NCBI GenBank assembly: GCA_963723995.1
Contig: CAVRSZ010000005.1
Span: 683-64,682 of the forward strand
Direction: 5' to 3'
Origin: an uncultured Acidimicrobiales bacterium
GTDB taxonomy: Bacteria > Actinomycetota > Acidimicrobiia > Acidimicrobiales > SZUA-35
DNA length: 64,000 nucleotides
Shown here: in pieces, positions 33,513 through 43,004 of the stretch
Layout: the number at the start of each line of letters is the position of its first letter
Numbering within the stretch: the first letter of the stretch is position 1
Translations under genes and position numbers: made by a program
The notes under the pieces: generated by a model
Database searches by the model: none
Seen by the model: the letters and a program-made list of their open reading frames with translations, nothing else
What the model was told of the DNA's origin: nothing

Positions 33513-33617
33513 GAGTCACCACCTGTGTCGTGCCCGCGCCCAGCGCCGAGACTACTCCATCCTGCAATCGCTGTCACCCGGTGCGCTTGTCCGGGGCCGG
33601 GGCGGCCAGGGCGCAGC

Positions 33618-34228
33618 TCAGAGCAGGCCGAGATCGCGGGCGGCCTGGACTGCGGCCTTACGGTCACCGACGCCGAGCTTGCGGTAGATCGCCCGACAGT
33701 GGGTCTTGATCGTGTTGAGTGACACATACAGCTCGGAGGCGATGTCCCGCTGAGACAGCCGGGACGGCAGATAGTGGAGCACTGCGCGCTCTCTGTCGGT
33801 CAGATCCTCCACCAACCGTGGAACCGTCGGCCCGAGCACCGTGAGGCGATGGCGGGCTTCGACACGCGAGAGGTAGCGACCGGCAATCCCGGGATCCGGG
33901 CAACGGTCGGCCATGGCGCGGGCTTCTCGCAGCAGGGATTCGCCGGCGGGGTGGCCGTGGTGGCACAACACATCGCCACCGCTTGCCAATGCGTAGGTGA
34001 GCATGATCTTCTCGGGTGACTTCCTGGGCCAGCTCGACGCCGAGTTCGGCGGCAGCCACGGCCGCATCGGATTCCCGGTTGGTTCGGCCAATGATGCTGT
34101 ACGCCAGTGCAACCTGGGCGAGGTTGTCGAAGCCGTGCTCAGCGGCCTGGCCGAGAGCACGTTGCGCCTGGCGGCGAGCGGCGGCAGGGTCGTCGGCCTC
34201 GATGTCGGCAATGGCGCCGAGGATCGGT
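33618..34228 (-). pseudogene. MalT/LuxR-type regulator, C-terminal part only, frameshifted
   Basis: LTDRERAVL...IASELYVSLNTIKTH; upstream helical part is in another frame; 5' end missing. Confidence 0.8.
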
Positions 34229-34229
34229 G

Positions 34230-34509
34230 TCACCGTAGAGACACCAACGGTCTCGGCGGCGGGAACGAGCTCGTCGGAGGACTCTGGGTGCTCCTCGTCA
34301 GCATTGCCGGTTGGAGGACCCGGGCACTACCCCGGGCGCTCAACGCCGTCGGCATCGTCAGTGCCGCCGCCGGTCTCATCACGGTGATCCCCGGCTTCGA
34401 AGACGTCGGCATGGTGTTCGGTCTCGGTCTCATCGTGTGGTTCGCCTGGCTCGGAACAGTGCTGCTGCGTGCGCACCGGAACGCCGATGACGGAGACCTG
34501 TACCGATGA
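34230..34509 (+). pseudogene. 3' fragment of a DUF4386-like membrane protein
   Basis: GLGGGNELVGGLWVLLVS...LPRALN...FGLGLIVWFAWLG; no start of its own. Confidence 0.7.
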
Positions 34510-34562
34510 TCACCGTCACCTCGCTGACCAAGACCTACGGTGCCCGACGGGCCGTCGACGTT
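34506..34562 (+). pseudogene. N-terminal stub of an ABC transporter ATP-binding protein
   Basis: MITVTSLTKTYGARRAVD, coupled by ATGA overlap; no Walker A follows. Confidence 0.6.
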
Positions 34563-34764
34563 GACGGCTGCCGGCGGCACGGGTCGACGACGCACCGACC
34601 CCTCAGTGGTGGAACGATGAACACCCTCCGTCTGCCATGCGTTCCCACTGGGATGAACCGACCCGGCGCTCCGGGGTGTGTCCTGGGACCTTCGTCTCTG
34701 GCTCCGGCGCGACCGATGTGCTGGAGTGATCTGCGGAGTCGTACGTCGTTGATCAGAGGAGCTA

Positions 34765-35790
34765 ATGAAGGCGATCGTTGCAACCGGATATGGGCCACCG
34801 GACGTGTTGCAGCTCGTCGAGGTCGACAAGCCGGTACCGGGCGGGCATGAGCTTCTGGTCAAGGTGCATGCCTCGACCGTGGTTGCCGGCGACGCTCGGA
34901 TACGGAGCTCGACCTATACCCGTTTCGGGCTTTTGATGCGTCTGGGCCTCGGCATCCGGGAACCCCGGAAGACGATTCCGGGCAACGAGTTCTCGGGGAT
35001 GGTGGAGGCGATTGGCACCGACGTCACCCACTTCAAGGTCGGAGACCAGGTGTTCGGTGTCCTGTGGGGCATACCTTTCGCCGGTGCAAACGCCGAGTAC
35101 GTGTGTGTTCCCGAAGACGGCATGGTCACGACTCGACCGAGCGGAATCGGTCATGGCGAGGCGGCCGCGCTCCCGGTCGGCGCGCTGTGCGCGCTCCACT
35201 TCCTGCGTCGCAGCGGCATTCGCGACGGTCAGCGCATCCTGATCCATGGAGCATCGGGCAGCGTGGGCACCTATGCAGTGCAGCTGGCCCGCCACTTCGG
35301 CGCCCATGTGACCGCAGTGTGTGGACCCGACAGCGTCGAGCTGGTTCGGAATCTCGGCGCCGAGCGGATCATCGACTACACCCAGGTGGACTTCACGACC
35401 ACTGGCGAATCCTACGACATTGTGTTCGACGCGGCCATGAAGACGTCGTTCAGCGAGGCAAAGAAGGTTCTGGAGCCAGGTGGCACCTATCTGACGCTGG
35501 ATTGGCCGATCCACGAGGTGGTGCGGGGTGTGATCGATCGCGACGCGAGGGTCGTGATCGGCTCGGCCCGCAAGAACCCCGATGATCTGCGCTACTTGGC
35601 CAGGCTCCTCGAAGAGGGAATAATCCGCCCTGTCATCGACCGCCGCTACCCGCTCGAGCAGACAACGGAGGCACACCGCCACGTCGACGCCGGCCACAAA
35701 AAGGGAAACGTCGTGATCAACGTCGTCGACGAGGACGGAAGCGAACCCGACACAGCAACGACATCGGTGGAGGAGCACCCTCGGGCATGA
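34765..35790 (+). CDS. NAD(P)-dependent MDR-family alcohol dehydrogenase
   Basis: MKAIVATGYGPPDVL, GASGSVGTYAVQLA, GHKKGNVV. Confidence 0.92.
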   Translation: MKAIVATGYGPPDVLQLVEVDKPVPGGHELLVKVHASTVVAGDARIRSSTYTRFGLLMRLGLGIREPRKTIPGNEFSGMVEAIGTDVTHFKVGDQVFGVLWGIPFAGANAEYVCVPEDGMVTTRPSGIGHGEAAALPVGALCALHFLRRSGIRDGQRILIHGASGSVGTYAVQLARHFGAHVTAVCGPDSVELVRNLGAERIIDYTQVDFTTTGESYDIVFDAAMKTSFSEAKKVLEPGGTYLTLDWPIHEVVRGVIDRDARVVIGSARKNPDDLRYLARLLEEGIIRPVIDRRYPLEQTTEAHRHVDAGHKKGNVVINVVDEDGSEPDTATTSVEEHPRA

Positions 35791-35888
35791 CGCCCGCACC
35801 ATACGGTCGGCGGGACCTCCGCCCCTACCGGTGTCGCCCGTTCACAGTTACGATGACGGCGCCATCGCATGAAGAAGGAGGAGCCACG

Positions 35889-37022
35889 ATGAATCAACGA
35901 TTCTCGATGGGACTGCGTCGCCTTCCCGTGGCCGTGATCGGCGGTCTCCTGCTGGTGCTCGCGCTGCTCGCACCGGTGGCGGCCCAGGCAGCCGGTGTCG
36001 GTGAGGCCGGAGGCAAGGTTCGAACCGGCGACTCCGTCGAGATCGCGGCGGGTGAGACCTTCGGTGAGAACCTCTACGCGTTCGCCGGGACGATCGAGAT
36101 CGACGGGACTCTCGATGGTGATCTGGTCGCAGCCGGGGGTTCGATCTCGATCGATGGAACGGTCACCGGTGACGTGACCGTCGCCGGCGGCCAGCTAACC
36201 GTCACCGGTGAGGTCGGGGGCGACATCCGCTTTGCCGGTGGCCAGCTCCAGGTCGACGGCCCGGTCGAAGGGGATATCGCCGTGGTGGGCGGAAGCGTCG
36301 ACCTCGACGGTGACGTGGGATCCGATGTGCTGTTCGGTGCCGGGCAGGTGAACATCGCCGGTGATGTTGCCGGTCAGATCTACGGAGGGGCCGGCGCCTA
36401 CGAGCGCACAGGGACGGTGACCGGTCCTGAGGACGTGACCGTGGATGTGGACGAGGAGCCGACGGTCGCCGACCGCACGGTCGGTGGCCTGTATCGGGTC
36501 GTTGCGTTGTTCCTGGTCGGTGCACTCGTGCTGTTGGTCCTTCGCCGCCCACTGGAGACCGTGCTGACCAGAGCCCGCCGGAGGCCCGCCGCCAGTCTGC
36601 TTTCCGGCCTCATCGCCCTCGCCGCGGTTGCGGCGCTGCTGGTCGTCTCGATCGTGCTGGGTATCATCTGGTCGATCGCGTTCGGCCTGTCGGGGTTGGG
36701 ACTGCTGGTCGGCACCTACTGGTTCGCCTTCATCGTCCTCTGGGTCGTCGTCGCCTTCGCGCTGTTCCTCATCGTGGTCTATGCCGCCCCGATCGTCACT
36801 GTCATTGTCGGGTCCCGGCTGATCCTTGCCGGTCGGGACAACATGTGGTTGCAGCTCGGCGCCCTGGCGCTCGGGTTGGTCCTCTACGTGGCCGTGACCG
36901 CCATCCCGTTCGTCGGCTGGCTGATCGGGGCGCTGGCCGTGATCTTCGCCGCAGGAGCGATCGTGTTGGCAATGCGGAACTTCAGGGCCCCAACGGCCGA
37001 ACCCGTTTTCGACGAGGCGTGA
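35889..37022 (+). CDS. bactofilin-like beta-helix membrane protein
   Basis: Repeats of I.G.V.GD...AGG followed by a multi-TM C-terminus. Confidence 0.82.
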   Translation: MNQRFSMGLRRLPVAVIGGLLLVLALLAPVAAQAAGVGEAGGKVRTGDSVEIAAGETFGENLYAFAGTIEIDGTLDGDLVAAGGSISIDGTVTGDVTVAGGQLTVTGEVGGDIRFAGGQLQVDGPVEGDIAVVGGSVDLDGDVGSDVLFGAGQVNIAGDVAGQIYGGAGAYERTGTVTGPEDVTVDVDEEPTVADRTVGGLYRVVALFLVGALVLLVLRRPLETVLTRARRRPAASLLSGLIALAAVAALLVVSIVLGIIWSIAFGLSGLGLLVGTYWFAFIVLWVVVAFALFLIVVYAAPIVTVIVGSRLILAGRDNMWLQLGALALGLVLYVAVTAIPFVGWLIGALAVIFAAGAIVLAMRNFRAPTAEPVFDEA

Positions 37023-37097
37023 GCACTCGCCCGAGTTCACACCGCACAGAGGCGAGTCGAGGACCGTCGGTCGGCCCGCCTCCGTCACCCTTCCACT

Positions 37098-38258
37098 TCA
37101 CCGGCGCATGCTGTGAGCCAGGGCTGGTTTGATCAGATCGGCGATGGCGTGGCGACGCAGGATGTCCGACGGTGAGATGATGCCGACGATCACATCGTCT
37201 TCGACCACCAAGGCCCGCAGCGTACCTTCCGGCCGTTTCCCCATGGCGGCGATGACGTCGATCATTGGGGTCCGCCGGTTGATGATCAGTGGTGGGTTGC
37301 CGCGGCGGGCGACCTCGCCGGCCGTGGTCGTTCCCATTCGATCGGCGGTGATCGTGCGAACGGCGGCCACGGAGAGCAGCCCGCAGATCCGGTTCTCCTC
37401 GATGACCGGGAACGACGTTTCGGTCCGACGGGCAAAGTATTCGCGGACGGCGTCGGCGACGGGTGTCTGGGCAGGAATCGTGATGACCGGCGACGACATG
37501 ATGTCGGCTGCCACCAGATCCCGGAACTCCGATCGCAGCCGTTCGTGGTACTCGTTCTGACGGGCCGACTGGATGATCATCCAGCCGATGGCCACCAGCC
37601 ACAGGCCGCCGACGTTGCCCTGCCACAGCGACAGCAGACCGAACGTGACGAGCAGGTAGCCGACGGCCACCCCACCGCTGGTGGCCCACCGGGTGGCCTT
37701 GTCGAAATCGCCGGTGATCGACCACACCGCGGCGCGGAAGACCCGCCCACCGTCGAGCGGCAGGCCGGGTGCCATGTTGAACACTGCCAGCAGCACGTTG
37801 ATCGCGGCCAGGTAGGCCAGCAGGTTCGGCAGCGGTGCGTCCCGGTCGCCGGCGACGAGGGCCACCAACAGTAGGACTGCGGCGGTGGCCAAGCTGGTGA
37901 GCGGCCCGACGATGGCGATGACGAACTCGTCACCGGCCGAGCGGCTGGACGCATCGGCTTCGGTGGCACCACCGAACAGGAAGAGCGTGATGCCCTTGAC
38001 GTCGATACCCCGTCGCCGGGCCATCATGGCGTGGCCCAGTTCGTGGATCAACACCGACCCGAAGAAGATGACGGCCCCGAGCACGGCCAGGGCCAGCGTC
38101 GTCGATCGCTCCGCCTCTGGATGGTTGACCTCCAACTGACCCCAGAAGCTCAGCAGAATCAAACCGGCGATGAAAACCCACGAGTAGTGAACGAAGATCC
38201 CGACACCGGCGATGCGGCCAAGGCGTACTGTGTTGGGGCGAGACTGCATGAACGCCAT
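37098..38258 (-). CDS. site-2 protease (M50) with a CBS pair
   Basis: HELGH, FNMAPGLPLDGG, CBS domains; alternative start at 38249. Confidence 0.93.
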   Translation of the reverse strand: MAFMQSRPNTVRLGRIAGVGIFVHYSWVFIAGLILLSFWGQLEVNHPEAERSTTLALAVLGAVIFFGSVLIHELGHAMMARRRGIDVKGITLFLFGGATEADASSRSAGDEFVIAIVGPLTSLATAAVLLLVALVAGDRDAPLPNLLAYLAAINVLLAVFNMAPGLPLDGGRVFRAAVWSITGDFDKATRWATSGGVAVGYLLVTFGLLSLWQGNVGGLWLVAIGWMIIQSARQNEYHERLRSEFRDLVAADIMSSPVITIPAQTPVADAVREYFARRTETSFPVIEENRICGLLSVAAVRTITADRMGTTTAGEVARRGNPPLIINRRTPMIDVIAAMGKRPEGTLRALVVEDDVIVGIISPSDILRRHAIADLIKPALAHSMRR

Positions 38259-38751
38259 TCTTCGCCATGCATCGCCGAAGCACCAGGGAAGAAGGTCACC
38301 ACTGCCTTTGCCTCGTGGCGGGCCGGGGCAAGTCGAATCAGATTTGCCGCCCTCGACTCAGGGCGCGCGGTGTACCACCTTTTCGCTAACCGCCTCCGAC
38401 AACGTGGTTGGCGATCGATGCAATCTGAGCGTCCCTGCACTGCCGGGAAACGTGAGCGCCGCTCTACAGATCGGTGTACCACCTGTCGGGCTATCGTCAT
38501 CGTTATGGGAGCAGAAGCCACGGCTCGGCCAGCCGATGAGTCTCGATGAGGTCGCCGAGCTACTCGGAGGGAGCGAAGCGGTGAAGTCAAAGCAGCTCCG
38601 TGCTCTTGACAACCGATCTGCCCCGGACCTCGACGAGGCTGAAGCTCGAATCACCACCTGCACCCGGTAACCGGACTCAACCGGCGAACCCTCACGGTCC
38701 AGGCTGAATGCCGCTCGGTTTGTACTCCGAGATGTGTTTGGCTGTGGCCGG

Positions 38752-38788
38752 CCAGGGTGCTGAACCCAGAACGGGTTCAGCACCCTGG
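38752..38788. terminator. perfect 16-bp hairpin after the 5'-nucleotidase gene
   Basis: CCAGGGTGCTGAACCC-agaac-GGGTTCAGCACCCTGG. Confidence 0.8.
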
Positions 38789-38799
38789 TCAGTTGTAGT

Positions 38800-40572
38800 C
38801 TAGGGCAGCTCGTTGACCCGGTCGGTCGACGGCGGAGCCACCGGACCGAACGTTCCGAGATAGTTGGTGAGGGCTTGAAGGTCGTTACCCCCGTCGAGCT
38901 TCGGCGCCGTGACCGTGTCGAACGTGGTGAAGTTGTCCCCGCCGTCGGAGAGGAAGCTGTTCACCGTGACGATGTAGCTCGCGGCCGGGTTCAGGGCCAC
39001 GCCGTCCAACTTCACGTTGCTGATCGTCACCGACGTGCAATCACCCGCCACGATCGTCTTGGCGAGGTCGTAGGTGAAGCCCGCCGATACGCCCAGATGC
39101 AGGAACGGGCGACTCGACCCGGCCGGCTGGCATTGCTGCTCGAGCACCGACACGATCTGCGCTCCGGTCATCGGGAACGTCCTGAGGTCGTTCCCGAACG
39201 GCTGGAACGTGAACGCCTCGCCGAACGTGACCACGCCGTCGCCCTCTGAACCGGACTGGGCGAACGTCAGGTCGGATCGGACACCGCCCGGGTTCATGAA
39301 TGCGATCTCGGCGAAGTTGAACGAGCTTGCCCACAACTGGGCGTCGGCAACCAGGTTGCCGGCTGCGGACTCCACACCACGATCCGATCCGGGCGGGTCG
39401 CCACCCCGGGTGATGTCAGCGGTGATCGTGCCGACCGGCGTGTTGCCGGACTCGTCGAACAGCGGCTGCCACTTCGCAATGATCGCAGTCTGCACCGGGT
39501 CGGGTGTCAGCGCTGCCTGATCGACCACATGGTTCATCGACGTGCTGAGGTCGCGGCGAACATCCTTGGTCCGCTTGTCGAGGACGAGGTTGACCTCGGT
39601 GACGACACGACCGAAGGAGTAGGCGCTGGTGACGATGCGCGGGTTCCCGGCGGCGTCGTCGAGCACACAGTTGTAGGGCAGGTGGGTGTGGCCGGTAATC
39701 ATCACATCGATTGCGGGGTCGAGAGCGTCGTTGATCGCAACGACCGGCCCGGAGATGCCCACGCACGCGTCAACATCGCCAGGGGGCGGCGTCTGTGATC
39801 CACCCTCGTGTAACAGCACGACTATGGCCTCGACACCCTGAGCCTTGAGCTCGGGAACGAGTGCGTTGGCGGTTTCGGCCTCGTCCAGGAAGTCATAGCC
39901 CTGGATGCCGGCGGCGGCGACCAGGGTGTCGGTGGCCTCGAGGGTCATACCGATGAACCCGACCTTGACGTTCTTGACCCGTTCGATCCAGTACGGGGGT
40001 AGCGGCGTCTCGCCGGTCGTAGTTTCCACGACGTTGGCGGCGAGCCACTGAAAATCGGCGCCCGGGTACGGCTCACCGGGGAAGAAACAGCCATCGACCG
40101 GGTGGCAACCACCGTGTTGCATACGGAGCAACTCGGTGACCCCTTCGTCGAACTCGTGGTTACCGACGCCCGACACGTCGAGCTCCATCGCATTCAGCGA
40201 CTCGACCGACGGCTCGTCGCGGAAGAGCCCGGAAAAGGCCGGTGAACCACCGATCAGATCACCGGCGGCGACCGTCAAGCTGTACTTGTTGCCCTGACGA
40301 AGTTCGTTCAGCTTCGCCGAGAGGTACTCGGCGCCACCGGCCGCCACACCAGCGACAGTGCCGGGTGTGTTCGGCTCGAGGTGGCCATGGTAATCGTTGA
40401 ACCCCAGCAGCTGAAGATCGATGAGCTGCCCTGGCGGATCAGGCTGCCCGGGTGGGTTTGGCTTGTCGGGCTTTGCTGCCGCCGGGCTGACCAACATCGT
40501 GGTCGCCATTGCGATTGTCGCAATCAACACGACCAACACGCGCGTTGATCGTGAACCTGTCCAGTGTGCCAT
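38800..40572 (-). CDS. secreted bifunctional metallophosphatase/5'-nucleotidase
   Basis: NDYHG, AGDLIG, GNHEFD, GHTH, NPGGVR. Confidence 0.94.
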   Translation of the reverse strand: MAHWTGSRSTRVLVVLIATIAMATTMLVSPAAAKPDKPNPPGQPDPPGQLIDLQLLGFNDYHGHLEPNTPGTVAGVAAGGAEYLSAKLNELRQGNKYSLTVAAGDLIGGSPAFSGLFRDEPSVESLNAMELDVSGVGNHEFDEGVTELLRMQHGGCHPVDGCFFPGEPYPGADFQWLAANVVETTTGETPLPPYWIERVKNVKVGFIGMTLEATDTLVAAAGIQGYDFLDEAETANALVPELKAQGVEAIVVLLHEGGSQTPPPGDVDACVGISGPVVAINDALDPAIDVMITGHTHLPYNCVLDDAAGNPRIVTSAYSFGRVVTEVNLVLDKRTKDVRRDLSTSMNHVVDQAALTPDPVQTAIIAKWQPLFDESGNTPVGTITADITRGGDPPGSDRGVESAAGNLVADAQLWASSFNFAEIAFMNPGGVRSDLTFAQSGSEGDGVVTFGEAFTFQPFGNDLRTFPMTGAQIVSVLEQQCQPAGSSRPFLHLGVSAGFTYDLAKTIVAGDCTSVTISNVKLDGVALNPAASYIVTVNSFLSDGGDNFTTFDTVTAPKLDGGNDLQALTNYLGTFGPVAPPSTDRVNELP

Positions 40573-40961
40573 TGCAGCTCCCTTGTGTCCGTCTTGATCC
40601 CGTTCGAACAAGACGCATGTTGCGAATACCTGCCGTATCGGTTCGACCCCCAGAGGCCGGATGCACGATGCCAAGTCACCCTAGATGCATCCACATTCTC
40701 TGACAAGCTGACACCCCGCAAGCTTTGCGGAGCCACCTGGCCCCAACCGCGGATGACCTGCCCACCGAGGCCGCAGCTGAAGGGACGCTCCAAGCCCTAC
40801 TGCGATTCCCGACTTGGTCAGGCTTCGTGTTGGTGGTCGAGGATCCAGCGCTGCACCCTCACCCCGAAGGAGGCGGGTGGTGCCACGTTCCCCATCCGCG
40901 CCGCGCCGGCGGAGCATAGCCCACAGGGACGCAGCCAAACCCCCTGGAGAATCGAGAACTC

Positions 40962-43004
40962 CTACCGCAGTCGTTCGACGAGGCGTAACTGGCCGTTTGG
41001 TTGGATGTCAACGATCGCCACGTCGTTCGGTCCATCCACCCAGTCCTCCACCGGCACCATGGCCTGGAAGAGAACCCGCTTCCCGTCTTCGTCGCGGAAG
41101 CTGCGGGTGAGCGAACCGACCTTGCCGTTCACCACGACGGCCAGCGTCTCGGTGCCATCGACGTCACCGGTGAGTTCACCCGTGACCCTGGCAGCGAGCA
41201 CGTCCCGGTCCAGGTCGATTGCATCGTAGAGTTCGTCCTGGTCGAGCCGGGCCGAGAAGGGCGACGACTCCAGGCCGATCACGTCGAGTTCATCGCCCAG
41301 GATGTCGGGGCTCGACGCCGGACGAAGCAGCCAGGGATCGCCGTTCGGGAACCATCGCTCGAGTCGAGCCGCCACCTCCAGGCGCTCGTGACCGTCGACG
41401 CCGTAGGTCACGTCGCCCTTGGAGCCTGCGGTCGTGCTCTGCGTACGATCCGGGTCGGGGCCGAGCAGCGAGACGCCATCCACCTGCCAGGGCAGCGTGG
41501 TCCCAAGGATTTCGGCCACCGTTGGGGCGATATCAGTGGTGTGGGCCCGCCGATCGTCGATCACCCCGGCCGGGCCGCCGGGGGCCTTGACAAACAGGGG
41601 TACGGCGGCGATATCACCCACCGTATCGGGCGTTACCCGCCGCTGATGGGCCACCTTCGCTTTGATGGCGATGCCATGATCGGCGACGACCACGATGGCC
41701 GTTTCGTCATACATCCCGGTCCGGTCGAGGGCATCGAGGATCAGCCCCAGGGCCGTGTCGGTGTATTCCACCTGAAGGAGCATCCGCTGACTGGCTTGGG
41801 CCAGGAGAAAGTCGTCATCGCCCCAGCCGGCTCCCGAGCGACCCGGCGCCCGTTCCACCGGCAGCGGATACCGACGACCGTCCGGCACAAACTGCCATGG
41901 ATGATGGGGCACAACGGCGTGGAGAAAGTAGAACGGAGGTTTACCGGAACCGGGTTTGCCGACGTCGTCGACCAGGGCCGCGATGGGGCGCCGCGGATCG
42001 CCCTCGAAGGCGTCACGAAAGGCACCGGCGCTGTCGAACTCGGCCTGTGAGGTGCCGAAGTCGGCCCAGGCTCCATCGATCGGCGGCAACCGTCCGGTCA
42101 GCGGGTCCGGGAGCAGGGCATGACCGGCCAGGATGCCGATGTCCTCCCAGAGTGGCGTGCTGGTGTCGCCGGTGGACTCGCACAGTGACTCGGGGCAAAG
42201 CTGCGTGATCGTCTCGAAGACGTGAAGATCGCGACCCTCCGACAGCGCCACGAACAGATTCTCCGGATAGTCGGCCGGAAACGGGGCCTTCGAACCGTCG
42301 GGGTCGACGCCGGTGAGCATCGCCGGTACGGAGAACTCTGTGGAGTCGCTGACCGTGACCGCGTTGGGAAACCAGATGCCGTCGTCCGCCAGCCGGGCAT
42401 AGTTCGGGAACCGGTCCCGCCGCAGATTGCCGGAGGAGTCCATGAGTGCCGCTGCCGGCAGTTCGTCGAACACGATCATCATCACCGGGGTACTGTTGGC
42501 CGGCAGTAGTCGGCTCGCCGCTCCGCTCCCCGAGCCCGACAACAGCGCACCCACCGGTGTGGCAAACAGGAAGACGAGCAGCATGATCAGCGGTGCCGGA
42601 CTGAGAAGGCGGGCGAGCAGGCGGGCATGGTCCCAGCGTTGAAAAGCCCGCGCCACCCCAAGACCGATGATGATCGCCAGCACCGTGGTCAACGACCAGT
42701 GCAGCGGAGCTCGACGGACGTACAGCCAGGCCAACGAGAACGACGTCACAACGATCAGGGCTGTCCCCACCACCAAGCCGACCGTGCCCCGGAAGCTCCC
42801 GATCGCAGCCACTGCCAGCGGGACACCAATGGCCAGCAACAGGCCAAGACCCACGATCTCCCACCGGGAGGTCCGGCGTACGACAAAGAACTCGACATTG
42901 CGACTCAGCAGCTCGAGCACGGGCCACGAGACGCCAAGGGCGGTCAATGCGATGAGCGCAGCGAAGCGGTCGCGGCGAGAGACGACCGGAGCCTCGTCGC
43001 TCAT
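40962..43004 (-). CDS. membrane-anchored sulfatase-like hydrolase/transferase
   Basis: N-terminal TM helices; IVFDE, PHHPW, VADHG. Confidence 0.85.
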   Translation of the reverse strand: MSDEAPVVSRRDRFAALIALTALGVSWPVLELLSRNVEFFVVRRTSRWEIVGLGLLLAIGVPLAVAAIGSFRGTVGLVVGTALIVVTSFSLAWLYVRRAPLHWSLTTVLAIIIGLGVARAFQRWDHARLLARLLSPAPLIMLLVFLFATPVGALLSGSGSGAASRLLPANSTPVMMIVFDELPAAALMDSSGNLRRDRFPNYARLADDGIWFPNAVTVSDSTEFSVPAMLTGVDPDGSKAPFPADYPENLFVALSEGRDLHVFETITQLCPESLCESTGDTSTPLWEDIGILAGHALLPDPLTGRLPPIDGAWADFGTSQAEFDSAGAFRDAFEGDPRRPIAALVDDVGKPGSGKPPFYFLHAVVPHHPWQFVPDGRRYPLPVERAPGRSGAGWGDDDFLLAQASQRMLLQVEYTDTALGLILDALDRTGMYDETAIVVVADHGIAIKAKVAHQRRVTPDTVGDIAAVPLFVKAPGGPAGVIDDRRAHTTDIAPTVAEILGTTLPWQVDGVSLLGPDPDRTQSTTAGSKGDVTYGVDGHERLEVAARLERWFPNGDPWLLRPASSPDILGDELDVIGLESSPFSARLDQDELYDAIDLDRDVLAARVTGELTGDVDGTETLAVVVNGKVGSLTRSFRDEDGKRVLFQAMVPVEDWVDGPNDVAIVDIQPNGQLRLVERLR

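Noticed and set aside
38506..38670. Small HTH-like ORF (MSLDEVAELLGG)
   Set aside because: Too short and degenerate to assign; possibly a remnant
40690..40960. Coding-like fragments between the nucleotidase and sulfatase genes
   Set aside because: No consistent frame or recognisable family
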